A DNA stretch of 64,000 nt from Podarcis pityusensis (taxonomy: Eukaryota). Location of the stretch: NCBI GenBank assembly GCA_964106645.2, contig OZ067049.1. One strand, written 5' to 3'. The position numbers and the translations under genes are program-made. Below, piece by piece: positions 37,980 through 51,140 of this stretch; the first letter of the stretch is position 1, and each line of letters opens with the position of its first letter. Under the pieces are notes generated by a model. That model worked only from the letters and a program-made list of their open reading frames with translations, made no database searches and was not told where the DNA came from.

Positions 37980-38900
37980 AGAAGCTGTTCTCTATGTGTG
38001 AAGGTCCTTCATGCAATTCATATGTGGAGGAAGATGGATTTCTTACCACCTGGGAGGAAGGGAATTTGTGATTCTTCCAATACTGCTCTGAAATGAAAGT
38101 TTATTGTCGATAGAAATATGTACATTTGTGGAAAGATGAAAGATAAATAACAAAAAAGAAAGGAAATAATACATGGAAAGTTTATATAATAAAATTAAGA
38201 AGATGGGGAAAATTGTATATATTCAGAATGGGGGAAAGGGGGGAGAAATCCACAGATATTCACAAAATAATATTAATAATAGGATGGTGCAAGAAATGGC
38301 AGGAAAATAATGGAGGTGCAGTGATGAAAGATAGTAAAGGTATTCATTTCACTTAATGATACTGCTAGAGCCCACCAAAATAAATAAATGAAAGAATAAT
38401 GAATAATAAACATGGCTGATAAAAATGAGGGCAAACAGTTAAAGCAGTAAATATATTCAGCAAAATGATATTTAAGATATAGACATTTTTCACAGAAATA
38501 CTCAAGGAAAGCAGATGGGGGAGAAATGCACAATTAACATAAAAGGAGAAGGAAAAACTCAGAAGCACTCAGCAAAGTGTACCGAAACCAAAAAAGTTGT
38601 TCCTGCAGAATAACACAAATGTGGGTACATATAGCAAAGCTGTCATAATAAATTAGACTCTGTTTGAATTTTTCTTAGCTGAATGGCAATTAATAGAATT
38701 TGAAAAGAGGATGACAGGAGGAAAAATGCAAAGAAAAAGAATCAAGAATATTTCTGAAACAGAGTGAAGGGATGTTTGAAACAATGTTGTCAACGAGACA
38801 ATATTAAGATGGAAAACAGAAGAGGAACTTTGTAAAACAGAGTGAAGATGAGTCAAGTAAAGACTTTAAAAAAAATCATTTGGAAATGAAAGTGTAGCAG
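37980..38900 (+). mobile_element. Highly decayed A-rich LINE (L1-like) remnant
   Basis: Strong A/purine strand bias with no intact motif; boundaries uncertain. Confidence 0.3.
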
Positions 38901-40441
38901 GCTCCCAATCACAGCACACTTTAATGGAGTAGAAGGAACAAATACCCCATTTGAGGTCTCCTCAGAAAATCTGAATTTCTGAATTATGAGGTAAAAGAAA
39001 GAAAAAGACAATGAGTTTTATCTCCTGTGCTACCAAACCATTTACAAGGACTACAACAGTGACTTTAAAAGCTGTTACCTTTTTGTCGTGGGTTGGCCTG
39101 TTGGCTGATGAACAAACAGCACCATTTCTTTTACATTCATGTGTAATGACATGCTCGCTCACTCTCAGTTTACCTACTATGTTTTGTTTAATTTTCAGTA
39201 TATCAGTGTCTTCTTTATGATATTTTATTAACTTGTCATCAATACCAAATAAACCATTGCATACAATATTTTAAAAATAAATGTTATAATGTGAATAAAG
39301 AAAAATGGGAGGTGGGGGAAGAGAGAAGAAATCTCTTCTAGAAATGAAATGGGAGCTTAGTAACCATTTTGGCTGTGGGAGGAGAGGAGTTCTAGAAAGA
39401 TAAGTAAAAAGTGGAGGAAGAGAAACTGGGTGGGGGAGAAAAGAAAAACTTAAAAGGAAAATTAATAATGATTCTCTAAAAAGCTATCACTTTTGGTTCT
39501 TAGATACATTTGGAAACTATAATTCTGCTGTATGTAACAGCCCATTAAATCAGGTCCTTTGCTTTTCATAATGACTAGAGACAGTGCTAAAGTACGGTAA
39601 TTTGTATTTGCCTGGTTTAGAATACGACTTCCCCCACCCTCCAGCTTCTAATGTTCAGCTGCATTGTGAAGCAAGTGCTGTTTCCCTGAAATATTCTTCT
39701 CTGGCCTTGAATGCAAACCGAGCTTCTGATATTATGCAGGTAACCAAGAACCCCTGTAACACAGTAGTTTTCCAAGGCATCTGATTATAAGTGGTGCAGT
39801 CGCATAGGCAATTTTAGACTTTGGACTTAATAGTCTTAGCCATCTGCCCCAGTCTTCAGATGGCAACGTATATTACTTCAAAATGTGGCAAGCCAGCCTA
39901 GTTGCATTTGGTGGGCCCTCTGGTCCATTCTGCTAGGCGTAGCTCTCTACCCTGATAGAATGACTGCCAATAGCAGGGGGCCTGGTGAGGCCGAGATGCT
40001 TACCTGACCTCTGGCTGGTGAGTTGCTGCTGCTTAGCAGGAGGGAGAGAGGAAGGAGTGGGGAGGCAGGTGTGGTGCAGGTGCACTGGCAGAAGCACTGA
40101 CTTGACTTCGCTTGGGCTGCCTGGTGTGCTTGCAACTTCTGCACTGTCTCCTGGAAAGAAGCAGTGACTCACCTGTTGAGAGGTCAGGTCAGTACCTCTG
40201 CCTCTGCTACTGAGGAAAGGGGAAGAAAGTAGGTAAATATAAACAAGTAGCAAAATGTGGTGATGATTTACCCCTTAAACATTTTTAAAATGAAGGCCAC
40301 AATTCTCCATAGCACATACATGGAGTATGTTAATGTAGGAAACACTTGTCAAAAGTACCCTTCAAGCAATGGTGAATAGACCTCATGATAAAATTTGTGT
40401 GGCAAAACAAGATGCCATATTGATTTGTTCATTACATACAT

Positions 40442-40443
<2 letters not shown>

Positions 40444-40513
<70 letters not shown>
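40444..40513 (+). repeat. (CT)n(CA)n compound microsatellite
   Basis: Perfect direct repeats. Confidence 0.95.
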
Positions 40514-40515
<2 letters not shown>

Positions 40516-43500
40516 AATCCTATGTTGTCCTCACTACAACACTGAAGTAGAGCAGGCTGAAAGAGAATGACTAGCCCAACTACTAAATGAACAACCTAAA
40601 CCCACTTCACCAGGGCTTGGGAATTTACAACTCCCATCATCCCTGACCATTGGCTGTGCTGCTTGGGGCTGATCGGAGATGGAGTCCAGGGCTCCCCACT
40701 CCTTCATTAAAGCACTTTGTGTGTCTTTGGAGGCACACTTGTTTCCCACTTTAGTCTACATCGTTGCTCCAGCCCTCTGTTGCTCTTCTTCCTGTGCTTA
40801 AATGCCACTTCTACAATGGACTGTCCATTTTTTGCTTGACATTGATTGATTTTGCTTTGACCCAGACTTCAACCTCCTGACTTCTGACCTCCCCTGACCT
40901 ACACAGCTTTTGACTTATCTTTAGCTCTTAGCTACCGTTTTCAATCTTACACCACTTCACCCTGACCCAGTGGCCCCAGGCCAGCTTCTCCAAAAGCAGC
41001 TGACACACCCTTAACTATCTTCTTAGGCTATTTTGGCATTGAAAGCACCCACATCCAAACTCATTGGCTCAATTCAGGTGACCACTATGTATGTATGTGT
41101 CAAATGCACAACTTGTCTCGGGTCAAAGAAAGAAGCGTAACTATTTGTTATCCATTGAGATTGCTTTTGACAGAATCAAGGTCTGGTGATAGGGCTGCAG
41201 TGGAGCCAATGAATGCAGTGGGAACTCATACAGCTCTAATTGCATGATGCACTGAACATGCAAACAGATCTATGGTGGTAATGTAAACTAGCCCACAAGG
41301 GGTTGAATCCCAAAAGCTGTGAGTGGAAGGAAAATATAGCCACTAGTGCTCTTCCACTGGTGCTTCTTTGTGATTTTCCACAGCATTATAACATGTAGGT
41401 TCTGCTTCTGCAAGAGGTTGCACTTTCTACCTGTCCCTTGGGCAAGGTGTGAAGCATTCCTCAGCGAACAGATGACACTTCCTGCAGTTTCAGTTTTTGA
41501 TTGTGCTCTTGTAGATGGAAGGAATGGAAAAATTGTTGTATGAGTTTTTTAAATATTCAGAAACATGGGCCCTCTGCTCACCTCTTTTAAGGTTTTTTTC
41601 ATGCCAGACTTAGCAAGAGGTGGATGTATTTTGTACTCCATGGGGATGAAAGCAAATGATGCAAAGAAAGAATCATCCCTTAATTCTAGATTGCTCCCAC
41701 AAATGCCCAATCTTATGCATATTTATTTGGAAGCCGGCTGTGTTCGAGGGCTTATTCCCAAATAAGTATGCATAAGATTACAACCTAAATAGATCCCCTT
41801 GGAGTAACTGGTTTGAGACTGGCAGACTTGGACTGTATGAGGGTTAAAAATATTTAAAGTAATCTTCCCAATGTTTCTCCTCTAGCTAATTTCCTGCAGA
41901 TTTTCCGTATGAGGCATCTGCTTAGCTCAGTATTCTATGTAAGTTCCTCATTGGTTCACTTTTCTTCTGCATTTTATTGCTGTTGTTTTTAGATGCAAAT
42001 GCATATATACCTCCTTGCAGAGTAAATATATCTACAGCTATATCAGCACTGTATATCTGCACTGCACTGCCAAGATGCTCATAATAATTGTTGTACCATT
42101 TTATCAGTCTCAGCCTATGAATTTAGACCTGGTCTTTATTGTCTTTATTTGATAAATTGCCTCTTCCATAAATATTGCTCTCATAACATCAGGGCTCCAG
42201 GAACCTTACCCATAACATTGACTTCTTCATCCGTAAGCAAGCTATTTCAAATTCAGCCAGCAATGAAGCCAGTGATTTTGTTGGTGGGGTTAATTAAATT
42301 TTTGTTATATTTATGTTGCTGCTGGGGTACTGTGATCTGTGGGTAATTGCTGGAGTCTCTCTGTTTTATGAAGTGTATTTTAAGAGACTGTCAAGGGCAT
42401 TCAAAGTTAGGGACGAGCACTGGTTTCTTTTTAGTGTGCAGACTGAATCAGGAACAGGGAGGCCGGGGTGTATAGATAAGGTGCTCTAAGTTGACTCCAG
42501 GCTTTGTAGAGTTCTTTAAATTTTACAGATTGACATCATCTTCCCAAACGGGAACAGTAAGGCGATTAGAAGAGCATCATGTTGCCAGCACAACAAGGAA
42601 GATTACAGGGAAGATAGAATAGGTGAACTATTAAGTCACTTTCCCAAGCAATGCTGTTGATCTTTTTAAAATAAGAGACAACAAAGAAAATATTATGGGT
42701 ATTCAAATGTAGGTTCTGCACTTGCTATTACCAGATGGGTTAAAAAGGCATGGAGATAAACTTTTTTAAACCAAAGAAACAAGGGGAAGCTAAATAATGA
42801 CTCAAAGGGGGCTGGAAGGGTTTTAAAGTGCAGGCGCTCATGATAACAGTCCCCAAGCCACCCTGTTTCCACCCTACATTTCACAAACAGACATACCCTA
42901 CTCTTGAGGAAAGGCAGGGGTCTGAGATCTAGCTCCAAACTAGATCTGCCTTGATAAAACAGAGCCAGCCTGCCATACAGCAGACACATCACTGTGCAAT
43001 TGCAAACAAACATAGAACAAACAGCATCGGCTGCATCAACGGCTGGGCGGAAAGGTGCAAGAGGGGACCATTTTGTTCTCTGCTGCTTATGTTTTAATGC
43101 TATAACAAACTTTACTCCTTGACAAGGCATGGGAACCTGGACAGAGCGGCAGAAAACTTCTCCAAGTCAGTTCTGTAGGAGCCAGCCTTCTGAGGCATAA
43201 ATGTTTCTCTTAAAGGGGCCACATGCCAGATACTTAGTTGATAATGCACATAATTACAGGGATGGGACTTCCGGTCAGCAAGGTAAAGTTTGCTTCCCTT
43301 TGCAGCATGAGGGTGGTGAGACAAGAGCAGAGAAATGGATGGTCTCACCTTAAGCTGCTGCAGGGTTTAGTGTAGTGGTGGCTGTGAGCCAGCAAACTAG
43401 ACTGGGTACCAGTTGGCCTCTTACCACAGAGGAGGCATGAAGCAACCATGCCCTATAGATTAGGCTGCAGAATACCACTGGGAGGCAGTGAGAAGGCTTG

Positions 43501-43779
43501 TGCGCTAACAAGTGCAGCCTCTTCCCTGTTTCTCAAGCAAGTTGTGACATCTAGGAACCAGTGAGAATGGACTGGACACACTATTTTTGTTACCTGGTGT
43601 AAACTACAGAGCCCTTCCTGCGGAGGCTGCATTCTCTCCCAGAGTCTGAGCAGAAGCCTAACACCACCCCTTTAAGTGGGTCTCCCTAGAGCCCTGTTGC
43701 CAGACTTTCCTCTTTTACCTCATGGGCTCTGGGATGTACTACTCGACTACAAAGCGTGTTCTCATTCATAGAGAGCACA

Positions 43780-44565
43780 TGTTGTGGTGGGGTCTGACAG
43801 GCCACCCCTCTGTTGCTGGGTGGGTTAGTTTGGATGACCATCCACAGTGATTGGGCGGTTGGGTTACTGGGCAAATTTTGGTGTTGCCATTTAGGGGGAC
43901 GGACCAAAGGTTATAAAATCAAGTCACGCAGCACTGACTGGGCTCTTTTGCTGCGAGCATCGGATCACCCGCCCTCCCTCCCTAATCTAGGGCTATTGCG
44001 TTGACCTTGCTATGCCTGTCATGGGATTGCCTGCTTTTGGGGCAGGGGCCTGATAGGAATTTTGTCCAACTGGCTGATTGGCTGGTGCCATTTGGTTTTT
44101 GCCTACTGCGTAGCAAATCATCACAACTTGTAAGGTTGCGGTTAGGCATTGGTTAAAAAATTGGTTGGTGGAGGGGTAAGGATTGGTGGTGCCTGCCCCT
44201 CCAATGCTGCTGCTGCAAGGGAATTCTGTTAAAGGAATCCAGGGGCTTGCCATTCTTTTGTCCATACCCCTGAATGGGGCTTAGGGCTGCGCAAGCCACT
44301 GGGACCATGCGGGGAGGGGGGAGGGTCTGGTGCCCAGCTCCATGCTCTCCCCAATATTGTTTTCCCTTACTGGCTTTTGCTGGAATCCAGAAGTCAGTTC
44401 TGTCCCGGGGCGGGGGACAGATAGTCGGAACCAATGCCTAAGCAACCACTCACATTTATGTATTTTAATAAAGTTGTGGCCAAAATTATGCCCAAAAACC
44501 TTAAACAAAAATTATGTGTGAATTGTGAATTATTTAGGAGTGGCTTGGGGGGCCTTGACACCCAA
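43780..44565 (+). mobile_element. LTR-like terminal repeat, possibly DIRS/Ngaro-type
   Basis: GC-rich island with TATAAAA at 43912, CTCTTTTGC..CCCGCCCTCCCTCCC, and AATAAAGTTGTGGCC at 44467 followed by a GT-rich tract. No TSD found. Confidence 0.55.
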
Positions 44566-44659
44566 CCACTATGGTGGTATTAGAAGCCCTGCTCAGGCTT
44601 TTCATATCATAGGTGAAGATGAAACTCTTTGCTCAGGCTTTGGGGAAAAGGCGAGGTTT

Positions 44660-44816
44660 AATTGGACTGTATTTTTATTGCTGCTCCTCCTGTATGGAAG
44701 GCATTTTGGCATGTTTTAGTATTATTGTTTAACTTCGGTTTTAATTTTATGTATTTCTGCCCTGGGACCCTCCTAGCGAAGAGAGGTCTATAAATATAAC
44801 AGATAAATAAATAAAG
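44660..44816 (+). mobile_element. L2-like 3' end
   Basis: T-rich UTR, GCCCTGGGACC hairpin region and (TAAA)n tail. Similar tails near 48680-48820 (+) and 54105-54345 (-). Confidence 0.55.
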
Positions 44817-47316
44817 CATTTCAAATGTCTGTCGGGAGAGAGCATTTATACACAAAGCTTGCATATATGAAAGCATTCTTCCAATAGACGTTCACACTGT
44901 GCATGCAGATGCCAGGGGGCAGAGATATAGGATTTGATCTTGCTTCGGAAAATGTGTGTTTTTACACAATTTGCTGTGTAAATACATATTTACATCATAC
45001 AGCTGTGTGCCACTTGGTAGCTGTGCTATTATGCTCTATCAAAGGTGTCACTGGTATTTTTAAGGAGTTACGCAGCAAATAATGTAAACGCTTTCACAAT
45101 AGATTCCCTCAATTCCAAAGAAGCTGTTTTGTTCTAGTAAGTCTATTATCAATGGTTGCAACAACCCCCTAAATATGTACTTGACAGATCATAATGACTC
45201 CTTTTGCTATTCTGTGCTAGCTCATGTGCTCCTGCAGAATAATTTCTCTCGCTGCTCTTTTGTTTAAGCTTTTAAAGGCAACGATGACTAAAAGAAACAC
45301 TTGTGAAACTGGCTTTGCACAGTTGCAGCATATGAACGTTTTTAAGAGAGACAACAAGAGGAAAGGTGTGTGTGAATAAAGTGTCTACCCTAACACATCG
45401 ATTTTATGTCTGTGTCACTACTACTGCCCAGTTAAAGAGGGGGATGAAAATTGTTGGTGACCAGGAAACCATTTTGTTGTACCCCATAACTAGATTTTCC
45501 TTATTCTGGACTATTTAAGCTTTAACTGCACTGATCATTTGGTAACCAACTCACTACTACTTTTGCTGCACACTGATGTGACTAGCTTCCTTTGTCCACT
45601 GTAACTGGTGAAAACAGCAATGATTCAATACTCTGATCATGATGATTCACTCTATAGGCAGAGCACAGAATTATCAACTGTTGAATACTGAGAGTGACAA
45701 TAAATCTTTTTTATGAGCTGAAGCCATGCCTAGCTAGTGTTCACACAAGCAGTTTTGCCACCAAGTTGCAGAACTGTCAGAACGACAGGTATTTTCCACA
45801 AAATAAATAATAATAATGGTTCATGTGCACTATTTTATTTTACTCCTTGCACGGATCATGTAAGGCAAGTCACTGTTACTGTCCTGATACTGCGGGTCAG
45901 AGGAGCTGAGGCTGAACCGATTGCCTAAGGCAAAGATAGGGAACCTGCCATGGCCCAAATGTTGTTGGACTCCAAACTGCTATCAGCCTTGGCCAGTGGT
46001 GTAGCATGGGTTGCCAGTGCCCAGGGCCATGCAAAGGGGTAGGGGGTGGAATGGAGGGAGGGAAATGAACAGAGCATGCATGCACATTCAACTGCCTAAC
46101 GGCATCTGCGTCACCCAGGAAATAGCAGCCACAGAATAAGGAAAGAAGAGTCGTTCTGTTGTCTGGAGAGGTCACTTTCTGGTTCGTATGGGGAAGCTGT
46201 TTTCAATGGAGTCCAGTGACGGAAATGTTGTGCCCCTGATAGTCAGGTCTACCTGCCTTATCTAAGGAAGCCAAGGCTATACTGTCTTTGGGAGGGTAAG
46301 CCTCTCCCAAAACATTCCTGCACACTTCCGAATTTTGCATTCATCCCTGAAGGTGTTTGTACTGACGGAACCACTACACCAACACTGTGCTATGCCTGAG
46401 AGGTATGTCAGAACCCTGATGCTCCCTCCTTTCTGCCAGGCAAAACATCTCTTATTACAACAAAACAGGTACACAGGCTTGTGACCCACTTACACACCAC
46501 AAAGGATGCCATGTTACTATATCAAAGTTCACGTTTACGTACGTGTGTGTGCGTGTGTGTTTGTTAAGGGTTATCAATTTCCCCATACTTTGGGGGAATC
46601 GAAGGGCCTCAACACACCTGGCGTCCAATGATGAACCTGGTAGCTCCATCCTGTATTATTATCAGGGGATCAGTAGGCACAAAAATCAGGTCTACATGCA
46701 ATCAGATATTTCACCCAGCTGTGCATCTTTTAAAATGAAGATGGAGAATGAGGGCAGAACAATCCTTCATTAGCATTTAAAAACAAGCTCTCTTTGATGC
46801 TCTGCTCATTATTTTTATAATTAGGCCCACAAAACAGTGCCTACTTTATCCATAATTTAACAGATCTTCACAGTTATTTCCATGTAAGTCGCAGTGTTGT
46901 TTGGTTTTGCAGCATGCTGTAGATAAGGAGTCCATCATATTAGGCTTAAAGCTGTCCTCTTCAAACAAAAACATTTTTTTATCAAGGTAAATAGTTGCTG
47001 GAATTTCTCAAATTTATTTGCAAGTAGATAGCAGAGGTGCATGATCAAAATTCAGAAGAGAGGTAAAGAGCTTTCATCAAGAGAAGAGACCAGGGAAGTA
47101 GAATGTAGACATATTTAAATTAAGGTGAGCAGGAAAATAATAGCATTTACACAACCTTTTTGAAAAGTTTTACTGAGTAATTGTCCGTGAGCATTCCTCT
47201 CCCTCTCCCTCCCCCTCCCCCCCTTTAGGGCAAAAGTATCCATGACAGCTTGGGAATCTAGCATTTGATTATCTGCCAAGAACAAATAAAAATGGGACAT
47301 TGTGTTTTATTGCTCT

Positions 47317-47408
47317 TGCAGCTCAATCCTATGCATCTTTTCTCGGAAGCAAGCCCCAATCAGTTCAATAGAGCTTACTCCCAGGTAAATGTGCATTGGA
47401 TAAAGCCT
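47317..47408. repeat. Short palindromic interspersed repeat (about 90-bp non-autonomous DNA element)
   Basis: CAATCCTATGCAT...GTGCATTGGAT inverted arms. Related copies near 7410, 17345, 31685, 33250 and 41706. Confidence 0.55.
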
Positions 47409-49132
47409 TAGTGTTTCAAAAAAAATATTTGACCACAGGCCAATGAAGCAGATGATAAGTTTTTCCTTTTTTTTAAGGCAGCCTGGATCTTTTTCCATGC
47501 ATAAGTGCTAATGACTTGAAAGCCATAAAAATGCTTGGGCCAATGATAAGAAAGAGACGATCTGTGTACTTTCAAGACTGCTATGGGAAGTGAACTTTTA
47601 TTACCCCCGTTTTCATTTGTATTATGGGAGGCTATTTTTATCCCCTTGGCTGGTGCAATGCAACTGACCTTTATGTGAGATGCTGGGCTAATGACCGTGT
47701 TGTTGGTCTCCGGAGACTGCCCTCTAAGACGGGTGAGATGAATTCAATATCTCAGCTCCTCCTGTCCTAAACCTTTCCCAAGCTGAATTGCCAGCCACCC
47801 CGGATTACATGGATTTTATGTGAACTTTTTTGTTTATTGGCATCCAAGCAAGAGGGCACCTAACCTCATTTCTTTGAAAACGACTAGCGGTGCTCAAGGC
47901 AATCCTTTTTTCTTTCTCTCTTTTTTTCCAATTTTAAAGGTGGAAAAATATTCTTAGTGGTAACATATATGGGGTCAAATATAGACATCTAGACAGAGGA
48001 AGCAAAGAAGTTTTCTCATCGTTATTTTTATTCCCAGATATATTGGAAGTACTGAAACATATTAGAAAAACTACACATATGTCTTGTTTGGAAAGTATTA
48101 ACTGAAATGAAGATTCATGGCCTGGTCATTGATGCAGAAGGGAATTTTTAGTAAATTTTGCTGGCCTTTTCCTCTTTAAATATCATCCAGCAGTGGCAGT
48201 GATGATCATATTAAACTTCCTTTTTAAATTTCCCCTTTTATACCTACATTAGCCCCTGTCCTTCTAGTTTTTCTGTTCTAATAACCATCTGCAAATTCTC
48301 CCTTTTTCTCTCCATCTCACTTGGCCTTTTTATTACTCCAAACTTTGAATTATGTCCTGTTCTCTACTGAGACCACCTATTTTCTCACATTTCCTTCTGT
48401 TTTTGAAAGGACATTTAGTCATGACACCTCTTTCTCTTCTATAAGGCTCTTCCTCAGCTCTGCAGAATTACTTCCTCTCTGTATCAAAGGTCACACCCTT
48501 TCCTCTTCCTCTGTTTTATTATGAAACACAGTATTCTGTCCAGGAAAGTGAAGACAGAATTTTCTCTAGACTTTTTTTCTAGCTTGATAGCAGGATGTGC
48601 TTACTCAGTGGAGATCAATGACCAGCTGCTCCTGGAGCACAGAGTATGATCTGACACACATGGTACACAGTTACACTGTTTTTATTCTTACTTCAGTCTT
48701 AGTTTTAGTAATTTTGATTTCTTTAATAAATATACTTGGGCTTAGTAATACCTCCCCCCCCCGAAGTTCTAAAATCTTGTAAGCTGCTTTGGATGGCATA
48801 TGTTTTAAATAAATGCTATCAAACCTATGGTTCATTCCATAAGGTGTATGGAACGGAAACCACTTGGGAACTATACATAAGCCTTCCTAAGCCCCTTGGA
48901 CAAGAACAGATTGTTGGTGAAATAAATACATAAAATCAGAAACTCAGGGCTTTGGCTGCTAGGATGAAAACTGTGTGCCATGTGTATGTGTGGGAAGAGT
49001 TGGGAAGGAAAAGAGGCAATTTGGATTTATTGTGGTTTGAAGAATGTTTTCCAGTGATGACTTGGACACAAACACAAACTATCGTTTTTATCATGACAAA
49101 CTATAGTTAGCATAAACAGGATGCTAAAAGTG

Positions 49133-49383
49133 CCTTTACCAAAGTTGTCATTGGTTTTGAAGATGCTCAAACTCAGGACAAAAGGGAGAAATGCACTAAG
49201 AGGAAGGCATGCTTAGCAAACCCTCACCGTGATCAACTCCTTCCCATAAACCTATATCCCCACTGTGGAAGGACGTGTGGATCCAGAACTGGCCTCCACA
49301 GTCACTTACGGACTCACTGTTAAAACTGTGTTTATGGAAGACAATCTTACTCGGCTACGCGTGATCGCCAAAGAAGAAGAAGA
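49133..49383 (+). mobile_element. RTE-clade LINE 3' end
   Basis: Encodes PHCGRTCGSRTGLHSHLRTHC; (GAA)n tail; 10-bp TSD GCTAAAAGTG (49123-32, 49384-93). Confidence 0.88.
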
Positions 49384-49519
49384 GCTAAAAGTGAAACCAT
49401 GCATGAAAAGGAAGGTGGGAGCATGTGTTTTGTTGTGACTGAGGGATAAGGGGAATACTTTTAGATGGTCAAAGGCAGCAGTAGAAGCAGAGGGAGTCAA
49501 CACTACAATATATGTCTGG

Positions 49520-49685
49520 TGTGGGTAACCAGCCACCCATTGCTTGCAGAAGTTCCCAGATCCCTGGCATTTTCAGCTTCTTCTTCTTTTAAGTATCAGG
49601 TAGCAAATGAGGAGAAAGAACTCACCTGAGACTCCAGAGGACCACTGCCAGAGAAGACAATACTGGATGGACAACTTCCTATGAC
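49520..49685 (+). mobile_element. Degenerate Squam2-type SINE
   Basis: TTGCTTGCAGAAGTTCCCAG..CCCTGGCAT and CACTGCCAG..AGACAATACTG..GATGGAC blocks. Confidence 0.5.
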
Positions 49686-50604
49686 CAGCAAGCATGCCGA
49701 CTTCTTTTTTAGATGTTGAGAACGGGAATTCTTTTTAGTTATGAAGAACTTTTGAGTGGAATTAAAGTTAGAGAAGTGCAATGATTGTTATTCATTTGAT
49801 TTATATCCTACCCTTCCTCCTGAAGGGGAGCAGGATGGCAGAATACAAGATGGATAAAGTTAAATGAAAGGAACTGTTAAATGAACAGATACATGGTGCT
49901 TAAATATTCTTATAATTTTGTGAAGAATTTGGACAACAAAGGACAAGAACATTATATTAATGGTTCTTCATTTTGTTATTTTTATTGACCAAAAGGCCTC
50001 TTTAAAACCAATAAATTATACCGAATAAGGTCACCATAATATTTATTTGAAAAATTCAAGATAGCCTGAATAAGCAATTACAAAGAGCTCTCTGCTCTGT
50101 CTCTTGTTTACTCACACATAAAATGTAGCTGAATTGGGTGATTAATAATCACAGCCTGTATGGAATGACTTTCATTTATAATAGCTTATGTAAATACAGA
50201 TCAGCATTTGGAGCTATTGCACCATTGCTATGCTAGCATGTTGTGGATTCTAAGAAGGCAGGCAAATAGTAAGTATTTTGGCCAAGTTACATAAGCATGG
50301 AAAGACTGGTGCTAGAATGAAATATAGGGAATATACTACTAGACTGATCTGGGGAGAGATCGGTGTAGCTTTGACTATGAAAGTTTAGCACTACCTGTCA
50401 AAACAATGCAAAGGGTAGATAAATGAAACCACACCTTGATCCCCCCAAAACAGGTTCTGTACAAATTATATGCATGAAAGTAAGAGTAATCATGTTTTTA
50501 ATGCATTAGTTAGCAATAAAGTAGTCACAACACCCCTACTGAAAGCTCTCTGACTGAAACTAATTAGCCTGTGCTTCCCTTTGGTTAGATTATGCCATTG
50601 GAAC

Positions 50605-51140
50605 CACTGGCGGAGGAAAGGGGGGCGGGGGAGCATACCGCCCCCAGCACCTTAGGGGAGAGGGGTACCATTGCGGCTGCCACCCGACACACCGTGTGCC
50701 CCCCCACTGTGCCAGGCACCATGCCGTCGCAGGTGGCGCACCATGCCCCCAGGACGCTTCGCCTCAAGGGCGCATTGCTCCTCCCTCCCTGGGGGCTCCC
50801 CTCCTTGTCTCTGCCATGCGAGGGCAGAGGTGGGGGATGCCACCCCCTCCCTGCTCCCTCGCCACACCTGAAACGTCCCTCCTCCACCCCAGTTTCCCTG
50901 CTCCATGTCCTCCCACCCAACACACCGTCAAAGTAAAGTTCCCCAAAGGAGGAGCAAAAGGCTGGAGGAGGAAGGGGTCCCTTGGAAGCCAAAATTGGGA
51001 TTCTGTCCCACCAACGTTGGTTCCCTGTAAGAGTGGAGTGGAGGCGGTTGCCGGAGGGAGCATCGCCTGCCTGGAGGCCCGCATTACTCTATGGGGGGGC
51101 AGTTCTTCCCCTCTGAGGATTGCAGTGCCCCAGTAAGGAA
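50605..51140. mobile_element. GC/CpG-rich island, probably non-autonomous hAT-like element(s)
   Basis: Abrupt GC shift beginning CACTGGCGGAGGA (hAT-like terminus). Right boundary and TSD unresolved. Confidence 0.4.

Noticed and set aside
50585-51136. Several overlapping ORFs of 100-146 aa
   Set aside because: They are open on both strands because of very high GC, show no protein motif, and the region looks like a non-autonomous element.
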